Made by a program: the position numbers and the translations under genes
Notes under the pieces: model-generated
The model's database searches: none
What the model was told of the DNA's origin: nothing
Seen by the model: only the letters and a program-made list of their open reading frames with translations
NCBI GenBank assembly: GCA_965262985.1
Contig: OZ253576.1
Coordinates: forward strand, 3,209,213-3,273,212
DNA: 64,000 bases
Reading direction: 5' to 3'
Source of the DNA: Vicinamibacterales bacterium
GTDB taxonomy: Bacteria; Acidobacteriota; Vicinamibacteria; Vicinamibacterales; UBA8438
Shown: piece by piece, positions 57,718-64,000 of the stretch
How the letters are laid out: every line of letters starts with the position of its first letter
How positions within the stretch are numbered: the stretch's first letter is position 1

Positions 57718-58299
57718 ATGTTGCAGACGCTTCGCTCCGTGCGGTCCCGGTTCATCCTCGCGGCGCTCGCCGTCTCAATCCTGGGCGCATGCGCCGCGCC
57801 GGCGCCGCCGCCGCCAGCGGCCGCCGACATGCAGCCGACCAGCACGGTCGAAGATCTCATGCGTGCGCTGATCGACCCCGCCGCCGATGCCCTGTGGGAC
57901 GCGGTGGTCATCACCTCTACCCCGGAGGGTCTCGACGAACAGCGTCCGGAGACGGTCGGCGACTGGATGGCGCTTGAGCGCAGCGCGATCACGCTGGTCG
58001 AGTCGGGGAACCTGTTGCAGATTGAGGGCCGGCGTATCGCCGGCGAGCATTCCGTATCCGAACTGCCGGATATCGACCTTGCACCGCAGGAGATCGCCGT
58101 GCGCGTCGCCGAGCACCCGGATGCCTGGAGGCGGTCGGCGCGCGAGTTGCACGACGCAGGCGTCGTCATGCTCGATGCGGTGCGCGCGCGCGACGTGGAT
58201 GCACTGCTGGCCGGAGGGGACCGGCTGGACGTGGCGTGCGAGAACTGCCACGCGCGTTTCTGGTACCGGGACGATCCCGCCGACGCGCCAGCCAGATAG
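57718..58299 (+). CDS. cytochrome c'-like (class II) lipoprotein
   Basis: Lipobox ..LAVSILGAC. Single CENCH haem-c motif close to the C-terminus. Helical. Confidence 0.55.
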   Translation: MLQTLRSVRSRFILAALAVSILGACAAPAPPPPAAADMQPTSTVEDLMRALIDPAADALWDAVVITSTPEGLDEQRPETVGDWMALERSAITLVESGNLLQIEGRRIAGEHSVSELPDIDLAPQEIAVRVAEHPDAWRRSARELHDAGVVMLDAVRARDVDALLAGGDRLDVACENCHARFWYRDDPADAPAR

Positions 58300-58339
58300 C
58301 GGCGGGCGCCCGTCTGCCTGACGCCGCGGCAATCGCCGG

Positions 58340-58723
58340 TTACGGTCGGAACGGACTCCCGTCCGGTCTGGTCAACTCGGCACAGCATATGCCGAACGTC
58401 CCGGGCGCGCGCGACGGCTGGCCCACGACCTTGATCTGATCTCCTGCCTTGATCGTGTCGGGCGTCCAGCCGCGCCGGCTCATCGACACCGACGCGCCCA
58501 TTTCAATCTCCCACGATGTGGTCGACCCATCCGCGTTGGGCGCATCCACATACAGGAACGAATGCGGGTTTCGGAATACGAACTTCGTGACGGTGCCGAT
58601 CGCCTCGACACTTTTCTCTGGATCGTAGAACGGCCCGCTGGCATGGTGAGCGACCGCCGGCACGCCGGTCACCACTACCGCAACCGCCAGTATCGCTCCA
58701 GTTATCCACAGCAACGATTTCAC
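58340..58723 (-). CDS. DUF6152-like exported protein
   Basis: ..VAHHASGPFYDPEKSVEAIGTVTKFVFRNPHSFLYVD...W.IEM... Confidence 0.55.
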   Translation of the reverse strand: MKSLLWITGAILAVAVVVTGVPAVAHHASGPFYDPEKSVEAIGTVTKFVFRNPHSFLYVDAPNADGSTTSWEIEMGASVSMSRRGWTPDTIKAGDQIKVVGQPSRAPGTFGICCAELTRPDGSPFRP

Positions 58724-58763
58724 AACGTCCTCCTTGCCTTCCCAGGTTTCGATCTCGAGTCCG

Positions 58764-59555
58764 TCATCGATATTTCGGCACGAGAAACTTGCGCGGGTGC
58801 CCCGCCTCGAACGGGTCGCAGTTGTAGGCCTGCAGCTTGTAGCCCTCTGGCCCCGGCAACCAGCGCGTGGTATAGGACACGGGCTCGCGCAGGAACATCG
58901 GATCCTCCACCGTCAACGTCATCCGCAACTCGTCACCCTCGCGCCAGTATCGCTCGGTCACCTTCTTCTGCTGCGAGGACGGAATGCCATTGTAGTCGTC
59001 GAAGCCGGCGATATCGAACACGAAATTGGTGGTCTCGACCAGCAGCGCGCCGCTGTCGTAGCGGCCCGTGGAAAACCCCTGCACCGTGAACTCGGTGGGG
59101 GGCGCCTGACGGCCGTCGAGCCAGACCGTGCGAATCTGATCGTCCTTCTCGTACCGGAACAGGACGCGGTCAGGCCACTGCGTCACGTCCATCATGTACG
59201 GGTCGTACTGCAGCGCCGGAGACGCCGACGGCAGACAGTCGTACTTGGGAGCGATCGCCTCGTCGAACGCCGCCTGGTACGCCAGACCCCGCTCGTTCAG
59301 CACGGGGAAATTCTCCCCCGGCACCCACGGCATGTTGGGTCCGTTGACGCGCCGGGCGCGACCGCCGCCATCCCATGTCCCGACGAGGTCCGGGATCTCG
59401 GACGCATCGGGGACAGGCTGCGCCAGGGCGGCCGGCGGCAAACCGCCAGCGGCGAGCGCACACAGCGTCGCGCTCACGATCACCTCCCGGCGCCATCCCA
59501 ACCGCCGGCCGGTACGGGTACCAGTCATGCTCTCTTCTCCCTTCGCGCCAGTCAC
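58764..59555 (-). CDS. exported hypothetical protein, distantly related to the 42600/56086 family
   Basis: ..GRYDSGALLVETTNF.. ..VTERYWREGDELRMTLTVEDPMFL.. A second ATG (59528) is a likely start. Confidence 0.5.
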   Translation of the reverse strand: MTGAKGEESMTGTRTGRRLGWRREVIVSATLCALAAGGLPPAALAQPVPDASEIPDLVGTWDGGGRARRVNGPNMPWVPGENFPVLNERGLAYQAAFDEAIAPKYDCLPSASPALQYDPYMMDVTQWPDRVLFRYEKDDQIRTVWLDGRQAPPTEFTVQGFSTGRYDSGALLVETTNFVFDIAGFDDYNGIPSSQQKKVTERYWREGDELRMTLTVEDPMFLREPVSYTTRWLPGPEGYKLQAYNCDPFEAGHPRKFLVPKYR

Positions 59556-59616
59556 TCGGCGCGGTCATGGACTGCTGATCTTATACCGGTTCTCAACGGC
59601 GCCGGCGCTCCGGCCG

Positions 59617-60507
59617 CTACGAGCGGATCACGCGGCGCCACCACATCAGGGCACCGGTCACGAACATTACCGGAGGCACCAGTCCGATCAGCGCCCAGAC
59701 CAGCTTGGTCGGCCAGCCGCCGAAACGACCGAAGTGCAGATACGCGAACCAGTACAGCACCCGGTCACCGGTGCGCGGATCGAAGTTGTCCTCTTCGAAC
59801 GGTTCCAGATAGTCGACGATCGCGGCGAACGGCTCAGGAAACGCAAGATATACGCCGGTGAACCCCCACATGAAGATGAAGAACAGGGTCCAGAACCCGA
59901 ATGCGCTGTGCGTGCTCCAGATCAACCTGGGCCACTTCGACCGCCAGTCGATCAGCAGGCTCCGCCGCCAGGTTCGGATTCCCGGCCACCAGATGACGAC
60001 CCCGGTCACCGCCAGTACCGTCAGCAGGACGGCGCCGGCGCCGTTCACGGCGCGCCCGGTCTCTCCTGCCAGCAGATTGTCGTGCAGATCGAGCGTCCAC
60101 GTGGTCAGCCGCCAGCCGGCCGGCAGCGCGTGGCCCAGATACTCGCCAGTGTAAGGATCGAAGAACAGTTGATCGGGCGGTCGCCCCTCCTGTCGTACCG
60201 ACATGGTGACCGCCAGCGCGGGGTCGTCCGGCTCGGTCCAGACTTCGACCGCGTTGCCCGGGAACTTGCGCTGTGCGGCGGCGATCAGCGCGTCCGCGCC
60301 GAGACGAGGTCCGGAAATCTCGACCGGTCTGGGCTGCGGATCGAACCGCTGCCGCAGCTCGCTGCGGTAGATCAGCACGCTGCCGGTCACGCTCACGACG
60401 ACGATGTACAGCCCCACCCCCAGCCCGGTCCAGAGGTGAATCTGAAAGAGCGCCTTGCGCAGCCACTTGCCCTGCGGGCGCCGGAGCCAGCTTGCGTCTG
60501 CCGCCAT
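59617..60507 (-). CDS. PepSY-associated transmembrane protein (PiuB-like)
   Basis: ..LRKALFQIHLWTGLGVGLYIVVVSVTGSVLIY.. and three further helices. Confidence 0.65.
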   Translation of the reverse strand: MAADASWLRRPQGKWLRKALFQIHLWTGLGVGLYIVVVSVTGSVLIYRSELRQRFDPQPRPVEISGPRLGADALIAAAQRKFPGNAVEVWTEPDDPALAVTMSVRQEGRPPDQLFFDPYTGEYLGHALPAGWRLTTWTLDLHDNLLAGETGRAVNGAGAVLLTVLAVTGVVIWWPGIRTWRRSLLIDWRSKWPRLIWSTHSAFGFWTLFFIFMWGFTGVYLAFPEPFAAIVDYLEPFEEDNFDPRTGDRVLYWFAYLHFGRFGGWPTKLVWALIGLVPPVMFVTGALMWWRRVIRS

Positions 60508-60567
60508 CGTCGCCTACGCGTGCAGCGCCGGACCGCTCAGGTCCCACGCACCGGAGACATCCATCAG

Positions 60568-61857
60568 TCAGAATCGCGGATTCACGACGTTGTTGAAGAT
60601 CGATCCGAACGTGTAGCTGAATCCGAACGACACACGATATCGTGAATCGGTCGCGAGTTGCCGGCGTTCGATCAGGATCTCCTCGTCCGTCAGGTCCACG
60701 TTCGCCAGATAGAGCTGGTCGCGCACAAGTGACGTGCTCGCGCTCACGAACAACGACAACCCGCGGACCACCCGGAACGACAGATCTCCGAAGACCGAGG
60801 TGCTGTACTTGCTGACGTTGTTGAGAAAGCTGTTGTAGCGCGCCCGCACACGGCTGTCGCCCCACGGCTGCTCGACGTCGAATGTGACCTCGACCTCCTG
60901 GGAGGGCAACGTTTCCTCGGTCTTGCCGAAGATGGTTTCCTGGTTGTAGTCGTACGACTCCATGCCCACTTCGTAGGCGAACGTCAGACTCCGTCGAGAC
61001 GACTCCGAGTACGGAAACACGTTGAACTCGATGCCGGGAAACACCCGCAGCCTGCGGTCCTGGTTAAGGAAGGTGGACTTGCTGACCTCACCGCGCACGG
61101 CGGCGCCCCAATGTTCGCCCAGGCTCTTGACCACCTGCCCGCTGAGGCTGCTGCTGGTCGTGATGTCCTTGAAATCGCGGGTTCTCAGCTTGGTGATGTT
61201 CTCTCTGTACGAACTGCTCCCCTCGATCCTGATCTTCCACTGCTCGGTGGTTCTATTGGCCGAGACCGACCCGTTGTAGTTGCGTCGTTGTCGGGATTTC
61301 TCGCCGGAGGCCTGCGCGTTGGTACTCAGTCGAAACACCCAGAAGTTCCACGGGTCGTCCTCGGGTTGCGCCATCATCGGGCGCCGGCCGTTGCCGTCCG
61401 CGCCGCCGCCGCTGGTCCCGATTTCGATCTCGTACGCCAGCGGCGTATCGATGACGTAGTGCAGGAACCCGACACGCAGCACCTGGGCGATGCCCGCGCG
61501 GGTCTCGTCTCCGGTGTCGGTCCGGCTCTCGGCATACGAATACGTCACCTCCCTGCCCTCGAACTCGTCGAGCCCGATGAACGCCAGCGTGTGACGGGTG
61601 CCGCCGCCGCTGCCTTCACCGGTGACCAGCACATGCACCTGCGCGTCGCGCCGGTCGCGCACGTAGTTGACAAACGTGATCTCGCGCCGCAGATAGTCGA
61701 GGTCGCAGGCGTTCCCGCAATCCAGAAAGACCCGCAACGCCTGCGCGCCGCCGGCCGGTTGCTTCGCGTCTTTGGACGCCGCCGCGCCGCCGGTGGGCGT
61801 TCCCCACATCAGCAGCACGGACATCACGCCCGTCAGTACAGTGTTCCTGCGTCTCAA
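60568..61857 (-). CDS. outer-membrane beta-barrel-like hypothetical protein
   Basis: C-terminal ..SFGFSYTFGSIFNNVVNPRF (terminal Phe) with alternating beta pattern. TTG 61857 gives the signal peptide (M)RRRNTVLTGVMSVLLMWG. Confidence 0.5.
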   Translation of the reverse strand: MRRRNTVLTGVMSVLLMWGTPTGGAAASKDAKQPAGGAQALRVFLDCGNACDLDYLRREITFVNYVRDRRDAQVHVLVTGEGSGGGTRHTLAFIGLDEFEGREVTYSYAESRTDTGDETRAGIAQVLRVGFLHYVIDTPLAYEIEIGTSGGGADGNGRRPMMAQPEDDPWNFWVFRLSTNAQASGEKSRQRRNYNGSVSANRTTEQWKIRIEGSSSYRENITKLRTRDFKDITTSSSLSGQVVKSLGEHWGAAVRGEVSKSTFLNQDRRLRVFPGIEFNVFPYSESSRRSLTFAYEVGMESYDYNQETIFGKTEETLPSQEVEVTFDVEQPWGDSRVRARYNSFLNNVSKYSTSVFGDLSFRVVRGLSLFVSASTSLVRDQLYLANVDLTDEEILIERRQLATDSRYRVSFGFSYTFGSIFNNVVNPRF

Positions 61858-61919
61858 CGGCTCATCCTCCCTGTGGCCGGAGCCGGCCGGCCACCACGTC
61901 CCGCATGCATACAACGCCC

Positions 61920-63341
61920 TTACCGCCACCGATCATCCGAACGGCGGCTCGCGTCCGTAGCGACCGGCTCGTCGAGCGCCAACGCCCGGAGGACGATATC
62001 GAACAGGTCTGCCTGCCGGATGAGGCCGTGCACGGCCTGCGCTCCCGGTCCGCGAGCGTACACCGGCACCTGCGTCCCGGTGTGCTCTTCCAGATACGTC
62101 GTGTTCGTGCCGTATGACACCGCCATCACGCCGCCGTCATGTGTCCGCACCCGCGCCACCTTGCCGGGCGGATATTGCGGTTCCGTTCGAGACGCGAACA
62201 GACTGGGCCACGGAATGATCTGCGCAGCGTGTCCATGATCGGACGAGAGAACGATCAACGTCTCCGGGTACCGTTCCTGAAACGCCGCCGCGACCTGCAC
62301 CGCCTCGTCGAGCGCCTTTGTCTCACCGATCTGACCGCAGGGGTTGCCGGCATGCGCCTGCTTGTCGATCGACGCGCTTTCCACCATCAGGACGAACCCC
62401 TCCGGCGCCGTGGCCAGCCTCGACAGCGCCGCGCGGGTCATTTCCGCCAGCGTCGGCCGATCTCCGAACTCGGGATTCACGGTACATCGAAACGGCTCCG
62501 GGGCGATCGGTGCGCCATCGGCTTCGAATTGCACCCGCTCGGCTCGCGCCCCGCCTTCACCGATCCACTCGACCGGCAACGTATCGGCGCCGAACAGTCC
62601 CATGAGCGGGCCCTCGTTCGACGCCGCCGCCAGACCCGCCGCATCACGCACTATCCGGTACCCGCTGTCGCGGACACGCTGCAGCACGTTGACCCCCGCC
62701 TCATCGGGCTGATCGAAGTGCCGATACCCGCCCCCCAGGAACAGATCCACGCCGGACGCGGCAATCTGCTCGGCAATGGACCCGCGGCCGCCATTCGATT
62801 TCAGATCCGCGGGGCAACGCGTGTCCGTCCCGGTCGGCAGCATGTCCCGCGGCCCCTCACAATACCGCCGGCGGATATGCGCGACGAAACTGGCCGGCGT
62901 CGCATCGGTGATGCTGGATGTGGTCACGATCCCGGTCTGCTTGCCATCTGCCGCCGCCAGCTCGAGCAGGGTCGCCACCGGGCGCCCGCTGCCGGCACGG
63001 GTGGCGATGCGGCCGCGGCTGGTCACGACGCCGGTGGCAATGGCGGTCCCGCCGCTCGCTGAATCGCCGACGTACTCGGGCGTTCGCGGGTCCGACTCGA
63101 GCACCGTCAGGACACGCGCCGCGGCGCGCTGTGGAAACGTGTCGAAACTGAAGACGCCGGACGTGTCCATCAGGTAGTTGCGGGCGATGGTCAACTGGTG
63201 GTCATCGAGCCCGTCTCCGATGAACAGCACGAGGGAGCGCGCCGCCCCGGCCGGCGGCTGCGCGCCTACCGGGCGCGCCACGCCCACGGGGATCAGGGAT
63301 GCCGCCAGCATCAGTGCGAGGAACGACGGCGCTTGAGACAT
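61920..63341 (-). CDS. alkaline phosphatase (PhoA family)
   Basis: ..LVLFIGDGLDDHQL.. ..DSASGGTAIATG.. ..SSDHGHA.. Confidence 0.8.
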   Translation of the reverse strand: MSQAPSFLALMLAASLIPVGVARPVGAQPPAGAARSLVLFIGDGLDDHQLTIARNYLMDTSGVFSFDTFPQRAAARVLTVLESDPRTPEYVGDSASGGTAIATGVVTSRGRIATRAGSGRPVATLLELAAADGKQTGIVTTSSITDATPASFVAHIRRRYCEGPRDMLPTGTDTRCPADLKSNGGRGSIAEQIAASGVDLFLGGGYRHFDQPDEAGVNVLQRVRDSGYRIVRDAAGLAAASNEGPLMGLFGADTLPVEWIGEGGARAERVQFEADGAPIAPEPFRCTVNPEFGDRPTLAEMTRAALSRLATAPEGFVLMVESASIDKQAHAGNPCGQIGETKALDEAVQVAAAFQERYPETLIVLSSDHGHAAQIIPWPSLFASRTEPQYPPGKVARVRTHDGGVMAVSYGTNTTYLEEHTGTQVPVYARGPGAQAVHGLIRQADLFDIVLRALALDEPVATDASRRSDDRWR

Positions 63342-63435
63342 CCCGACAGTATACGCCGGCCCTTGACACCCCGACCCCTCGGGAGTACAAGGAACGTCTT
63401 GCGATCGACCTGTTCCCAGTCAAATGAGGAGTTCC

Positions 63436-64000
63436 ATGCGAAGACACATGATTGTTGGCCTGTTGGCGATGCTGGCGTTCGCCGTCACGGCCTCGGCCCA
63501 GCCGCCTGTCACCCCCGTGGAGCCGTTCAAGGTCGGCACCTTCGATATCCACGACGTGCCACATGTCGGCCTGGTCCTGCGAGACAGCCTGGTCATCGAC
63601 ATCGAAGTGGCCAATCTGGCCCTCGAGGCGAACCCCGACTACCCGCATGTGCCGATGCCCGAGGACATGCTCGAGCTGATCGGCCGCTACGATTACGGCT
63701 TGCGGTATCGCCTCTACGAAATCGTCAACGATGCGGTCAACAACGGCCGGCTGGCTGGCAACACGCGGGCCAGCTTCGTCCACGACGTGGCTGACCTGCG
63801 CACGAGGCCTCCCATCATGTATCCGGGGAAGGTCCTCAACGCGGCGGTCAACTTCTACAGCCACGTGAGCGAAGGCGCCAGCGCCGAGCAGCGGGCCGAG
63901 GCCCAGCGGCGGCGGCGTGAAGAGAAAGGCGTCCCCTATCTGTTCCTGAAGCCGAGCCGCGGCGCGGTGATCGGCAACGGTGACAACGTGGTCATTCCCT
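63436..64000 (+). CDS. fumarylacetoacetate-hydrolase-family protein (partial, runs off window)
   Basis: ATG 63436, signal peptide MRRHMIVGLLAMLAFAVTASA. ..PPIMYPGKVLNAAVNFYSH.. ..YLFLKPSRGAVIGNGDNVVIP. Confidence 0.55.
   Translation, partial: MRRHMIVGLLAMLAFAVTASAQPPVTPVEPFKVGTFDIHDVPHVGLVLRDSLVIDIEVANLALEANPDYPHVPMPEDMLELIGRYDYGLRYRLYEIVNDAVNNGRLAGNTRASFVHDVADLRTRPPIMYPGKVLNAAVNFYSHVSEGASAEQRAEAQRRRREEKGVPYLFLKPSRGAVIGNGDNVVIP

Noticed and set aside
1-64000. Search for tRNA/tmRNA 3' ends (GGTTCGAATCC-type T-arms) as integration sites next to the recombinase genes and island borders
   Set aside because: No such motif or cloverleaf-like segment was spotted by eye. I cannot exclude one without tRNAscan or Aragorn.

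Overview
High-GC (~67-70%) bacterial chromosomal window. It is probably Acidobacteriota-like, judging from an ADOP-type duplicated FtsX permease and GGGCAACC-ACAAG-GGTTGCCC REP hairpins; this taxon call is inference only. The window has two very different halves. (1) 0.2-32.8 kb is a heavily rearranged accessory region. It holds at least ten IS-derived segments: one IS21-like element, one IS5/IS1182-like element plus an orphan end, one IS1380-like element plus a fragment, an IS256 fragment, four co-oriented copies of one IS91-family terminus, and two nested 'tyrosine recombinase + Y2/HUH transposase' elements. It also holds decayed toxin-antitoxin pairs (HigBA, DUF5615, Phd/PIN), two C5-methyltransferase/restriction/Vsr cassettes (one with its Vsr truncated by the IS1380-like element) and an ArdC-like fragment. 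On a ~50% GC island (7.5-18.0 kb) sits a three-gene operon: SMC-like ABC ATPase, middle protein and PD-(D/E)xK nuclease (ABC-3C/Lamassu-like logic), lying tail-to-tail with an amino-methyltransferase. Two IS insertions split the ATPase and nuclease genes in two each. Deleting each IS plus one copy of its target-site duplication rejoins both broken genes in frame. I regard this as the most interesting object in the window. (2) 32.8-64 kb is ordinary, densely packed core DNA: gamma-glutamyltransferase, a Na+-pumping glutaconyl-CoA decarboxylase operon, peptidases, a sulfite-oxidase-like molybdoenzyme, alkaline phosphatase and others. I saw no rRNA, tRNA or CRISPR array. All family names come from motif recognition by eye; no database search, HMM or structure prediction was possible. 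Many long ORFs in the track are antisense or alternate-frame shadows typical of high-GC DNA and were not called.
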